Origin: Reclinomonas americana ATCC 50394
Taxonomy: Eukaryota
Direction of reading: 5' to 3'
NCBI GenBank assembly: GCA_048213135.1
Contig: PS015192.1
Location: 14,766-59,735, forward strand
DNA: 44,970 nt
Below the pieces are notes generated by a model. The model was not told the origin of the DNA. It saw nothing but the letters and a program-made list of their open reading frames with translations, and searched no databases. Both the position numbers and the translations under genes were made by a program. How positions within the stretch are numbered: position 1 is the stretch's first letter; each line of letters starts with the position of its first letter. Positions 10,859-24,176 of the stretch are shown here, in pieces.

Positions 10859-11567
10859 ATGAATGAGGAGGAGGAGGTGGAGCAGACGGTGGAGGACTTT
10901 GTGAATGAGTTTGTGATGCGCGGTCGCGTCGATGTCATTCCCCTCGATCGCTTTCGCTCCTTCTTCCCGCCTGCTCTCAAATCGTGCGTGTGATCCTTGC
11001 AGCACCAGACACGAGTGTGTATGTGTGTGCGTGTCGCTCACGTTTCTCCTCCTCCTCCTGCTTGCGCGCATGCAGAAAATCCGCGCAAATCAATGCCGAG
11101 TATCATTCCTTTCAGCGGTTCCGCCGCGACCTGCGTGCACAGGCACTGGACGTGGTGCATGAACACTTCGGGCCACTGGCGGAGCGCCAGGTCGCCCGCG
11201 GTCTCACGCGTGATCGCGACGACGAAGACGATGCCGATGAGGGCGATGCGCAAGAGGTGAGTCCGCCATGGGTGTGGTCTGCGGTCGCAATCCACTCACA
11301 TCTATCTACGTACCGGGTGGCGGGCTGGTGCAGAGGCGCATGTTGGAGGCTCGAGCGGTGGCGCTGCGTCGCGCCATTGAGCAGGTCGAGGTGGAGACGG
11401 AGTCGTACTTGCGAGATTTGCGACGACTCGATCGGCGGCTGGCGGCCAGTGCACAGCAGGTGCAGAGTGCGAGCGCGGGTGGTGGTGGTGATGATGGGGG
11501 GATCGACGTGCAGCGGGTGGCGGATGAGCTGCTTGAAAGGATACGCACGGCGCCGGAGGAGGAGTAA
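10859..11567 (+). CDS. Coiled-coil protein, possible Nkp2/Cnl2-family inner-kinetochore subunit
   Basis: Three exons give MNEEEEVEQTVEDFVNEFVMRGRVDVIPLDRFRSFFPPALKSKSAQINAEYHSFQRFRRDLRAQALDVVHEH...RRMLEARAVALRRAIEQVEVETESYL...APEEE-TAA. The N-terminal pattern recalls fungal Cnl2/Nkp2. Confidence 0.45.
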
Positions 11568-11735
11568 CTGGCGATTGCAGCTTGACGACTTGCGCCTCTT
11601 GCACGACTCGAATCGAATCGACTACTAAAGAGACGACGCCCCAGCGAGTGCACGAACCCGCTCACTCTCCATCACAGGCGCGCGTGATTGAATTGTGTGC
11701 ATGTATTTTTCCATGGGATTGGGGTGAGGTCTCTC

Positions 11736-14700
11736 TCACTTGCGCGTTGCGCGTGTGGATCGACGCGCTGCGGGTGCGCTCTTTTCCGCCACCTTGGGCT
11801 TGCTGCTCCTAGTAGTCGCCGCGGCGGTCTTTGACGGCTTTGCGGCAGCCACCGCCCGCTTGCCACGCTTCTCCGTCTTCACGGTCTTCGCCTTGCTCTT
11901 CTTGCCCTTGGTCGGCTCGTCGTCTTCGTCTTCTTCTCCTTCCTCCTCCTCGTCTTCGGTGTCGGAGGTGGACTTCTTGCTGCGCTTGAGACCAAAGGGC
12001 ACCGGCGCCGTATCGCGCTTCCCTTTGCTGCTACCGGCTCCCGCATCGTCGTCTTCATCTTCCTCGTCTGTGTCCATGGGTGCCGCTGGCGACACAATGT
12101 CCCACTTGCGCATGGGCGACGGCGCAGGCGCGTTGTTGGCCTGCTCCGTGTGGTTGCGCTCCTGTACAATGTCGTAGCGTGTGTGAGTTCTCACACGCAG
12201 TTGCGTCGATGGTATGTATGGCACGCGGCGACGCAACTCGCAACGGTGTGCGCGGTGACGGCAGCACACTCGGCACCACCGCCTGACGCAAGTCGATTTG
12301 TGGTGTGTCGGGCGTCCCTGGTGTTCCAGGCGTGCGCACAGGGGTGCGGCTCGACGGCGTCGCGCGCTGTGCATGTGCGTATCTTCAGTATCATCTTGCC
12401 AAGCAGTAGCATACAAGAGTGCGCACTGTTACCTTCATCGCGCTCGCCGGCTTGCTGGGGGTGGCAAACGCGCCTGCGCCACCCGCAGCCGCAGCGCCCG
12501 CTGCAGCCGTGGCTGCTGCCTTTTCTGCCCGCTCGGCCTCCTTGGCACGCTCCTCCAGCTGTCGCATGTCGTACTCCAGCTCCTTTGCCAGCAGGCGATT
12601 GGAGGCCAGAAGATCTGTGCCGCAACGAGTCAAACACCAGCATCATCAACGATGGTGGCACACTTTCTCTCTCTCTCTCTCCCCTCCTCACCTTGCATCT
12701 CTTCGTTGTGCTCCGTGAAGAGATAGTGCAGATACTGGAGGAGATCGCGCAGGAGTGGCGATCGTTGCTGCTCCAGCAAGTGCTTCAGCTCGACGCACAC
12801 CGGCACCACATACTTCATCACGCCATCCTTGAAGATGCGCGTCAGCAGCGCACGATGTCGCTCCTTGAGCGCCGCACTGGCTGCCGCCTGCGCAGAGCCG
12901 TCCTCCATGCCGGCTGCAATGTCGTCCTCCAGCTCCATGTCGACGGCAGAGGCGGAAGAGCCTGCCGCGCCGCGCTTCCACTGCAGTCGCATGTGCTGCT
13001 CACACCGCGCCTGTCAGGTATCATGCTTTTCTGCATCGCGTAGCACAAGCGACATGCAGACCTTGGTGGAGAGAATGTAGAGGCCGTCCTTGGCCACGTC
13101 GTACATTTCGGCCAGAGCGTCGGCCGGATCACGGCTCTCCATCTGCGCGAGTCATTCAGTGGCGACAACGGCAACGCATCACCAGCAACAGACACGTACC
13201 TGTGCATTGTGCATGCTGTCAACGAGGGTGTTGAAGACGTTCTCCAGCAGGTGCTTGCACGTGCCGAGGCGGTCCTCGGGAGTCATGCGCGACAAGAGGC
13301 AGTCGTAGATATCGTGGCGCGTTCTGCGGCATGATGGCGAATGAGAATGAGGCAATCGGGGCGCCACTCGGCAGCAGACACTGGCGCGCAACTTTTCGTG
13401 TTCGGCGCCCACCAAGGCAAACCGATGTGCATCCGCACTCCACTCGTCGTCCTTGTGGGCGGCCAGCTGAGCGTGGCAGCGGTTCTGATTGAAAAAGTAC
13501 ACGGTCTCCACAAACACGTTCTCGAACAGCTTTGGACGCTTCTCCGGGAAGCGTTCAAGCAGTGCATGTGATGCTGCGTATGGAAGGAGGGGAAGATGAG
13601 GAGAAGACAAGCAGAGATAATCGCGACATCCACCGAGCACAACCAACCGAGTGCGCGCACTGCTGGCGACTCGTCAGTGAGCGCAAAGATCAGCCGGTGG
13701 AACAACTGGTGGTTGTTGATCTGAAGCGCGACAAGCGATCAGCACCGGCTGAGAGTGATTGCAACACACAGCAGACCGTGACGTACCTTCACGTAATCTT
13801 GCAGCACCAGCTGCGCCAGAATCACAAAGCACTCCTTGCGAATGACGGCATTCTCGTGCAGCAGGCACAGCGTGATTCCACTCAAATAGTTGTCCACCAC
13901 CGAAGTGAAGCTGGAGAAGTGATGATGTTAGTCACGCGCACATCAGTGTACAACCACACACAAGGTCATACTCACCGAATGCACAAGTCACCGAGCACGA
14001 CAAGAATGTTGCTGATGACAGCCACGGGTGTGTCGGGCTCACGCAGCAGCATGTTGAAGAGCTTGACAGTCTGGTTGGCCAGGTCCTGGTTGGCCAGCGA
14101 GGCCTTGCCGACAGCAAGCACGGCATGGGCACGAATGCGCTCGGGCACGGGAACATTCGACAGTGTCTGCACTCCACGTCAGATCAAGTGGTGGCGGGCG
14201 CGCGCGGTGCAAGAGTAAGACTACAGACCTCGCCGCTATTGAGGTTAAAGATGGGCAGGGTGGCGGCTGTGAGTGCCGTCAGCTTGCTTGTCAGCTCCGA
14301 GTAACGGGCGCGCTGGCCGCTCTCACTCTGTACGCACACACACACTGCTTGTCAAGACCAGCGCAAGAGGCTGCTGTGAGAGAGCGTTTCCACCACACAC
14401 GCATACCAGCAGCAGCTCGCCCAGCAAGAAAATGCGCGAGGCAAAGGCAATCTCGGCCGGTGTGTCGTTCTTCAACACCTCCTCAAAGTCGCCGCACTCC
14501 AGCCGCTCGCCACGGACCACGTGCTCCACCTCACTCTGCACACCGCACACACAGTAAATCAGCCACCAATTCTTTCCCCTAACCGTCGCATGCACGCAAC
14601 TTCGCAGAGCGCGGCAAGATCGGCGGCCCACGACTTGGCAAACGGCTCAAAGTCGGCACTCAAGTGCTCCATGCACACTCGCTGCACGCACGCCACCATG

Positions 14701-17700
14701 CTCGGCGCAATGTTCGGGTTGGCACGACCGTCCACCAGCGACTGGTACAGTTGTGCTGCAGTATTTTGATGGTGAGGTCACGCACCCTCCTCAACAGTCA
14801 CCAAAAGCACATCAAACGAAACTCGCCAACTCCTGTGCCCCGGCCTTTGGCAAGCGCTTCACGCCGTGCGTCAGCACATGCAGGCAGCTCTTCATCTCAA
14901 ACATCGGCATCCCGTCGGCCTTGTCGAATGCACCGAGTGCCGGCCATAGCTTATTAAGCACCGCACCGGCCTCAATCACTTGTGCGTTGTGTTCGGCGAT
15001 TTGCTCGAGCAGTACCCAGAATATCTGCGGACAGGGCGCGTGGATGAGTGAACAGGGAAAGGTAAAGACGCACATACAAGAAGTTCTGCTCACCCTTGAC
15101 AATGGGTTGGTCTCGAGTGCTCGCATAGCGGTGCGCACGAGCTGCTTGAGATTGCTGGCATGTTGCGGCTCTGATTTCTTCGAGTTGAGCCAGTGTGCAA
15201 TGATGCGACGTGCCGAATCGAGATGAGCGCTGCAAACAGAGTGTGTGAGGTGGAAAAAGTACACAAAAGTCGACTGAGATCGCGAGGACGCACAAGTTGG
15301 TGCTGAGAATCGTGGTCAGTGCATCACGCAGCAGCTCTGGCACAGCATCGCTGTGGGGCATGAAACACACACGAGTCAGCGAGCTGCTGCATGGTGGAGC
15401 GAAGAAAACGATGGAACACAAGGACACACCAGTTCTCCAGCAGCATGTCGCGCACGCACTGTCGCACACGCTCCTGCACACTGTTCTCCACGTCGCCGGC
15501 ACGACCGAGCACGCCTGGTGGAGTACGGTGAAAACAGTCAGCAATGACGCGAACAGCACTCTGCGGCAACAGTCAACGCAGATAACCTTCGGCCCAGTTG
15601 CCAGCCAGCTCGGCGGCAGTGAGTGGTGCCTCCTGATCCGCCGCTGCCGGCTGCTTGTGTAGCCACTCGGCACATGCGCGGACGGCATTGTCCAGCGACT
15701 GCACGGCCTGCACTCGCACCGACGTGGCCGCATCCATGGTACGCTCCTGAATGGCGGCAAATGCTGCGCGCCACAACGTCGAGTTGCCGATGGCATGTCC
15801 GTGGCACGACGGCACAAGTGAAGCCAGCAACTGCACGGGTTATGTGTCAGCACTGGCATGGGGCATGCAGAGAACAGTGACCTGAAACAACAAGCGCACC
15901 TCAACCACCGACTTGCGTACAGCCGCTCCAGGATCCTGCGCACGATCCATGATTTGCTCGAGAATGCTGGAGGGCGAGTCGCGCTGACCAACCAACTCTG
16001 TCATGGGTGGAGAATGTCACAAAAAGTCAGGCCCACAGCGCACAGAGAACACCCATCGAGAAATACACATGACAACATATCTTCACATACAGTGTCGTCC
16101 TTGTGCGCCAGCTGGATGCACTCGGCCAACATCTCCAACGCCTTGCCGCGGACGGCACCAATCTGTGATTCGGAGTGGTCAATAAAAACTTGAGGCGCAA
16201 GCACGCTTGCAGCCAATGAAGAGACGCATACCTTGTCGCAGATGCGTTCCACCACGCACTCGAGGAGCGATCGGATGAGTTGCACAATCGCCCCTCGGCG
16301 TGTGCCGAGGCCCGCAAACGTCGCAATCAGCTCACCACTCAATTCCACTGCCAGCTGCCGAGTCGTGCTCTGCGCGTCCATTGTACTGTCAAGCAGATGC
16401 CTAATCACACGGCTGATGCTCTCACTACGGACCTTGGTGTTCTTGGCCAGGCGTGTGACAAAGCCAACAAAACGGTCCACGGCCGCCAGCTTGGCGGTGG
16501 AGACTGGCGACGCAACCTCGGCTGCCACTGCCGCCATCACCTCGTCCTCATCCACACTTTCCTCCGCTGCTTCCGGCGACGGCTCAAGACCCGCACACAG
16601 AATGTCTTGCACCACCGCCAAGCAGGGTGCAATCAATGCGCGTCGCATCTCTTGACGCTCGGCAGGGCGCATGCAGAGGTGCTGCAGCATGATTCCGAGG
16701 CTGTCGAACCAGGCAGTGACCAGCGACGGCTTGCCGGCATTGCTCTTGCTGCTGGCCGCTGCACTTCCCGCTCCTTCCTCCTCTCCATCCTGCTGCTGCT
16801 CCTGCACTCCCTCCATCGGCTCCGGTTGCTGTGCTTGCGTTTGCGAAACGCCTCTGCGTGCAGCAACACCAGGTGTCAGAAAAACACCAACGGGGAAAGG
16901 AGCAGTGCGAGCGTGCATGCGCAACTGGAGGAACGACATTGCCTCGCGGTACACGTCGCTTCTCGCACTGCTGCCGGCCAGTGCCGTCACCAAGTGCTTG
17001 CACACCAGTCCGAACACTGCGGCGCTCGCGTTGCCGTCCACCAGTGCCTGCAGCACACTGAAGCCGCTTTGCACAACAGTGGCCGGTCTGTGCGCACGCA
17101 GAAAAATCCCATGAGGCTCTCAGAGGCGTGGCGAATGGCTGCCCTTCAAGGTACGCACAGATTGGTCTGCATGACCGCATCAATCAGCGTGTCGCACAAA
17201 TGATCGGCAAACTCCTGCGCGTCGGCGAATCGCAGTCCACCTCGCGCCAAGTCGCGAATAGCCTGCAAGATGAAACACAGACGGGCTTCCAGCACCTCTG
17301 GATCCACCGGCTGCATCGTGCATGAGTCACCGCATGCCACCCACAACTGCATCCCCTCTTGCTAACCTCGTCGATGGTGTCGTCGCCACCGGCGCTCTCG
17401 TCCTCGGCAGTCTTGCGCTTCTTGGTTGCCCGACCTGCTCCAGTTTCCGCGCTCCGTTTGCCTGCACGACAGTCACTCTCAGGTCAGCACTCTCACACAC
17501 ACACATGCCGCAAGCTGCCTCCATCAACACCTTTCTTGCCCTTGCGGCGCGACATGGACGGCCCGAGTGCTCCCAATGCACCCGCCCACTGCGGCAATCG
17601 CGACAGCACCTGGCGCAGCAGAAACGTGTCGTGCCACCGATACACCTTGCCGGCAATCAATGAGCCTCAACAGCCTCTCCACACACCCCTCATACACACA

Positions 17701-18240
17701 TACCATTGCGCCCGGCAACGCCACCATGGCCACGTACGCGGCCGCCGCGTTGACTTGTACACACAGATCCACTCGCGCCACTCTATCGTCTCGCCCCCGC
17801 ACAGTCAGCTCACGACACTCACCGTCACAACTCCACCAGCGCACGACTCACTCACCCTCGCGCACACGCCGACAGCACCCAGCGCAACGATCCCAACTCA
17901 ATCACCTCTTGCAATCGCTCAAAGCACGCCCACTCATCGCTCTGCTGCTGCTTCTTCAGCGCCACTCTAGCCGCATCGTACGCCATGTCGGCCAGTTGCT
18001 CCATCACAGCCGCAGGCACATCCAACTCCACACTGCCGCGCTCCTCGGTCATTGCTGCTGATGATTGATGATGATTGATCATGAAATGCGACTTGTCACC
18101 AACTGACGGCACACACTCGTGTATAGCGCTCACTCACCTCCCTCTCCACCACTCTCGGGCACCACTCCCTCGCCCAGTGCACTCAGCAACTCCAGTGCCA
18201 CCTCGCCAAGTGCCGTGATCACTTCGTCGCCCTCCGCCAT
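11736..18240 (-). CDS. NCAPD3: Condensin II HEAT subunit CAP-D3 (many introns)
   Basis: Spliced Cnd1-region sequence IRAHAVLAVGKASLANQDLANQTVKLF...VAVISNILVVLGDLCIRFTSVVDNY...IRKECFVILAQLVLQDYVK...LFHRLIFALTDESPAVR. Also FALVGAEHEKTRHDIYDCLLSRMTPEDR and VVPVCVELKHLLEQQRSPLLRDLLQYL. All match CAP-D3 rather than CAP-D2. Confidence 0.9.
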
Positions 18241-18329
18241 CTGCGAGTCACAGTCAGTCACGGGAGAGGGAGAGAGAAAGGAGAAGGAAGTGGCAGCGAG
18301 AGAAAGTCGCACTTTTGACTTCAACTCGA

Positions 18330-18337
18330 TTTCCCGC
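18330..18337 (+). promoter_or_regulatory. E2F-consensus site (TTTCCCGC) in the 170-nt divergent promoter of CAP-D3 and the LRR gene
   Basis: Exact TTTSSCGC match about 90 nt upstream of the CAP-D3 ATG. A direct repeat GCCGTGAAGTG lies at 18386 and 18398. Confidence 0.35.
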
Positions 18338-18410
18338 GCGACTTTTCTCGTCGCACGAACAAATTCAATCAGTCCCAAAGGACGCGCCGTGAAGTGGGCC
18401 GTGAAGTGCA

Positions 18411-21400
18411 ATGGGCGACTTGCATGTCACGTTCTCTCTCGAGCGACTCGGGCGACGCGCCTCGCTCGCACTGTCGCCAACGAGTGTAACAGATGATGTG
18501 GCAGAGGACACGCAGTTGCCGCCACCTCTCGACACCTTTCGTCTGTGGGCGGAGTTGCGTGCACACTCTCACACTCGCTCTCTCTTCTTCTCCCCTTCTC
18601 TCTCTCTCTCACACACACACAGTGGACTGCTTCAACCGCAATCGGCAATGATGCGACGCTTGACGCTGTCGGATGTGCATTTGCAAGCCGATCATGTGAT
18701 TGTGTTGGCCGAGGTGTTGCCACTGTGCAAGCACCTGAGCGAGCTGGACCTTGTTTCGTCGCCTTGTCGTGCTGGCATGGAGTGCACCCTCTCTCCTCGT
18801 TCTCACATTTCTGTTAGAGTTACAACGATCTGTGTGGCGCGGCCTGTGCGCCACCAGTGGGCACTCTGTTGCGCACCTGCCGGGCGCTGAACTCGTTGAG
18901 CTTGGCCGGCAATCCACTCGACGACTCCTTTGCTGTGCGCTTGGTGGAGGTGACTTGTGGCCTGTCGCATGCACTCTCCCTCTCGTTCATTTAGCCACAG
19001 TACTCACCTCGCCAGCAGCATGAGTTACGCGATGCCATGGTCATGTGCCCGCTGTTTGTGCTCGACATGAGCGGGTGCCGCCTGTCGGGAGCTGGAGTGG
19101 CCGCCCTGCTGCGCTGCCTGCTTGCTCGTCACGTGGTGGCGGAGCCCGCTGCTGTTGCGTCGCCTTTTTGCGTGAGCGAAACATCGTTCAGTCGCTCATG
19201 CAAGCTGAACGATTGCAGGCACCGCTCTCGGCCGATCAGCTGGTTCTGGTGCTGGAGGAGGTGCCGTGCGATCCCACAGAAGATGTTGCGTGCGCCGTGT
19301 TGCTCTGCAGTTTCGAATCGTCGGCTTTTCTGAATGCAACCACCAGGTGTCGATCATGGGCACCGGCTCGACTGTGACCGAGTTGCCGCCACTCGACACG
19401 CTGTTGGAGCGATCGAGACGACTGCAGGCGGTGGCGGCTGACGCCAGCGGCTCGCGGCACGTGAATTTCAGCGGACCACTGAACGACATGCGCATGTCGG
19501 CGGTGCCGACTGCCACCGACGACGAAGCGGTCGATGGCACGGCCTCGCAGGCGGCCGCGAAAGTGCTGCCCGAGCGCTCGTCGTACCTGTCGGTTGTGCG
19601 TCTCGGCAGCAACGCGATAAAAGGCGACACGGGCGGACCACTGCTGTTGCAGGGCTTTGCTGCCGCTGCCGAGTTGGCGTGGAACGAGTGTCGGTTGGAG
19701 CGTGCGCTCGCAGAAGACTCCACACCTGCGACCTTGCCGAGTGCGTCACAAATGCCGGGAATGAGTGCTGCTGCCGACGGATTCGGCTTTAGCCCTGCGC
19801 GTTTCGCCTCGCCGCTGACAAACCCCTCACCAGCTCGCCCGGCTTCCACGCGATCGCCCCACCGATCCCGCGAGCTGGACATGCTGGCTGTGGCCTTGGA
19901 GGACACGCCAGCGATCTTGCAAACGTCAGCTCCGTCGCTGCGACCACTTTTTACCTTCCCGCTGACCGAACTCAATCTGTGGAACGCCGGCTTGGGTGTG
20001 GCTTTTTTCTCTCTTCTCTCTTGCCTCTCTCACCCCTCACAGCTCACTCTCACACCCCGCACAGGTCGAGCCGGAGGCGAGGCTCTCTTGCTTGCGCTAC
20101 CACTGCTCGTGAACCTCCGTCGGCTGGTGGTTTCTCGGAACGAGCTCGGCGATTCGTTTGCAGTCTCCCTGGCCGCCATGATTGCCCCGGTGTGCATTGC
20201 GGATGAGGAACAACTTTTTGAGGCCAGCAACGAAGACGACAGGTGTGCTCCCTCATCTCCGTTCCTATTGATGCTGCTCGTACTGACCGCGGCGCCATGC
20301 TGCCACCAGCGACGCCGTCACACGGGCACTGGAACAGGCTGCTGTGTCGGTGCAGCAAGAAGTGCCGCAGGCGGTGTTGGAATCCCTGCTGCAGGCCGCT
20401 GGTTGGCTTCGCAGTGCTCCGCCGGTGACGGCCGAGGCACGCCGCTTGCCTGCTCTGCACACGCCACCGCCGCCACCACCTGCGCCCGTTGCAGTCAAAG
20501 CCGTGTCACCACAAGACATGGTCTCCAGTGCACGACAGGTGCATTGATCCTGCAAGTGTTGCCTTCTTTTCTTGTTGCTTCACGTAACACCGAATTCAGG
20601 ACGCCATGCTGCTGGATGCCGGCATGGAGGAGATTATGAGCATGAATGCCGACGCTGGACCGAAAAAACCACCGCCTGTCACGCGAGAAAAGGCGCGCCG
20701 CATTGCCGTCGATACGTGGCACAAGGCAAACCTAAAGGCCGTGACTGACCCACCTGCGGCGGAACTGGAGGAAATGACGCAGCAGATCTTTGCGCACCTC
20801 GCCCTGCGCCAGTCGCAGGCAAGCACCGCTGCTGCCGCTGCTGCTGCCGAGGTTACCTTTGTGTTGCACGATGCGCCCGACGGCTCGTCTCTCGCTCACT
20901 CGTGTCACGACAACGCATCACCAGAGTGCTTCGTTGCCGTCGCCACCGACGCTACTTGTCGAGGCTCCGGCCAGTGCTCCCATCACGCCGTCGCCGTTCA
21001 TTCATTCGCCCGGTGCGGCCACCATGTCGCCAGGTGATTCGGTGGGTCTGCGCTCCGTGATGCGCCAGTGGGTAACAGCGGTACGACGTCTTTTGCCGCC
21101 TGTCGACTGGTGGGTTGCACGGCGACTGGTGCACTCTGTTCCGACCACTGGACGCAGTGGTGGTGGTCACAGTGGTGGCAACGGCCACCATCACCTGTCA
21201 ACGGAGGTACGTTTGCGAGTTTTTTTTTGTAATGGCAGGAAAACGCTGCGTCTGTCTCACGATCGTGCATCGACGACACAGGGTTTGCACCCGCCACCGC
21301 CAACTGGCTCTGTGTCACCGGCTGGCGCAACTAGTGCCGCTGCTAGTGCTGCCGCGCGCGGAACCCGGGAGCTGGATGACACGCTGAGCACAGACGGCCC

Positions 21401-24060
21401 GGCATGGATGTTGTGCTTGTGTCCGCGACTCACGTCGGTGAGTGGCGCGGCGTCTGCGGTGTGCTGTGATGGCTTCGCATCACTCACCAGTCGGACTACC
21501 GTCATCTCGCAGCTCGACGTGCGTAGCAACGACATTCAGGAACGCGGCATCAACAGCCTGTTGCAGGCACTTGAGCGACACCCGTCTCTTCGACACCTCG
21601 ACACGAGCTTCAATCATGCTGGTCCACGCACAGCGTCGGTCCTCAGCCGCTTCCTGCACCAGAACCGCGCTGTACTCAACCTCCAAATGGAGGGTGTCGG
21701 TGACTTTTCGCCAAGTGATGCTGTTGACCTTGGACGCGCGTTGCAGCACAACGAGTCGCTTCGCGTCCTCAATCTGCGACACACCACCGCCAGCACGCCG
21801 ACGGTGGAGGTTTGACGAACCTCGCACCTGCTGACTGACATGATACAGAGAGGGTTCATCGTTGCTGTGTTGCGTGCAGGCTGTTCTGGGTGGTGCACTT
21901 CGTAGCCAGTCGCTGGTGGAACTCAGCGAGACGTGGGCCGCTGAACCACATCGCGGTCTGCAGCAGCATCTGGCGAATAACATGCATCAGGCCGCCAGGT
22001 GCGAAATGCGTGCATGTGTGGCCAGTGGTCTGTACAATTCTCACGTCTCCATGGCGCGCACAGTGTGGCGAGGCAAGAGGCTGTGGCGTTCTGGCGGAGT
22101 GTGGCTGCTGCCGAAGGTGACATGCACGGCGCAGGCGAGGACGAGCGTGAGGAGATGCAGGTGGCGGAGAATCCGACCTCGGTTAACGAAGTCGTGTCGG
22201 ACCCCGACCTGGTGTCCGACCCGTCAGAAGAGGAGCAGGAGGAGGAGGAGGAGGAAGAGGGCGAGATTGATGGGGAGGCGGAGGAAGGAGAAGACGAACA
22301 GGTGGAGGTGGTAGCAGAGGAAGACCGAGGTGGTCTGAGTGAGGCTGAGCAGCAAGCGCGTGATGCGGAGCGGAGCCGTGCACGAGGTTTGCTGTCACAT
22401 CTGGCATGCACACAATTCCCCGCAGGTATTCACAGCGATCTTGTGTTTTTGCCCTGTAGAGCGACGAAGACGCGCAGCAAAAGTGGCTCGACTGCGGCGA
22501 AAGCTGGAACGCATCGAGAAGCTCCAGGTTTCGTCCTTTTATTGCCACTTCGCGACGGCATGTTCACTGATGCTTGCTTGTCCGCCTGTAGCGCGAGTTG
22601 AGGAGTCTGCCGGATGATGACGTCGATCCAGCAGAAGCAGAGGTCTGTGTGTGTACGAGAGAGCGCTTGTTGTGCACTTGACTGAGGGTGTGCGGTGCAT
22701 TTTCAGCTGCTTCAGGCACTCGCTCCTCGCCCGATTGCTGCGGCGCCCGTCGAGTGGGTTCGTGAATTCGAAAGCATGCTGGTGGAGGATTGTCGGGGGC
22801 AAGTGGACTCGTACTTGATGGTTCGGCGGGAGTTCCTGTCGTTCTCGTGAGTTGTGCACGCGCACTCACTGTGACCACCCGCAGAGAATACGTGCAGAGC
22901 ACGAACGGGAACTGCGGCTGCGTGTGACGGAGGAGAGAGAACGCGCCGATGCGATGATACTGCAAGTTCGGCGTGAGGTGGAAGTCGAAGCCGAACGCAA
23001 GGTTGCCGCCATGCGTGAACAGGTGGACCGTATGATACGCACTCGAGCGGCGCCCTATGTCGGTAGGGAGAGCATGCGTTCGACGGGCCGTGTGTCGTTC
23101 CTAACATGGTGTCGGTGCGCAGGACCACTGTATCCTGCTGGCTCGCCGGGTGCCCTTGTTGGACTGTCGGTGGACGCTGAGGATACCGTTCCCCAACAAG
23201 CACCACCCTGTCGATTGTTGCCGGTCTCGTTTGCTCTCCGCGCGTTTGCGCATGGAGCGACGGTTCGCCTCATCTCTTCATGCTTCTTCTTCTTCTATTT
23301 CTGTCGAGTACTCACTGCCTTCATGTCGCTCTCGTGTGCACTGCAGAAGTCTGGGCCGCGAGAGCTGATGGTGAGTGGTGGAGAGTTGCACTCCCTCGCC
23401 ATGTGATTGTGCGTTGCTGACGGCGGCTCCTCAGGTTGTACATTTCCCTCTGTCTGTGCGCGTGACTGTCGATCGGCACGGTGCTGTGCGCGCCGAGTCC
23501 GATACCGTTCCCCTCGTTAAACGTCGTCGGCGTGTGGCTCTCTCGGGTGAGGAGTGTTGCACTTTATTTTCGTGTCTTCTTCGCTCACATGACTCGCTCT
23601 TGCAGGTCAGCTGCTGCTGGCCTCTGGTCGTGTCACGACGGTGCGCGTGCTCATGCAGTGCTTTGCCGGCGCGCAAGTGGCAGCCGGCACTGCGCCATGT
23701 TGCGTCGCTCCTGTGCAAAGTGTGTGTGATGCTCCTTGCCGCTGCTCACGCGCAAAGCGCAGTGTACGAGCAGGAAACGCGACTGGCAGGATGGCGATCC
23801 AGCAGCGAACCCACGGTCGATGTTTTGTTTGAGGCGCCCACCGAGGCCGCCTCCCTGCTGGACACGGTGGGGGCCTACACAATGGTGGTGACGGCGTCTG
23901 ACGAGGCCAACCCGGCAGCATCACTGGCTGTTCTTCATCTCCGCTTCCGTTGCGCACACTGTCGTTCTTCTCTACACATGCATGTGCGTATGGCGACTGA
24001 CGAGTGGTTTGAACATGCACAGAGGTGGTGGAACACTGGCAGAAACGGAGAGATTTGTAA
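18411..24060 (+). CDS. Large ribonuclease-inhibitor-type leucine-rich repeat protein with acidic tract and coiled coil (many introns; may be more than one gene)
   Basis: LRR units LSELDLSYNDL, LNSLSLAGNPL, LDMSGCRLSGAGVAALL, LTELNLWNAGLG, LRRLVVSRNELGD, LDVRSNDIQERGINSLLQAL, LRVLNLRHT. Poly-E stretch at ~22230-22330. Coiled coil at ~22885-23040. Last exon ends ...WQKRRDL-TAA at 24060. Confidence 0.75.
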
Positions 24061-24176
24061 CCGTGCGTAATAAACTCAATTGTGTGTCGCGTGCATGAGA
24101 GGAGCATTGATATTACAACAACATCATTATACTAAGTGCCGCTCGCGCACTAGTGCGCAACATGCGGTCGGGACGC

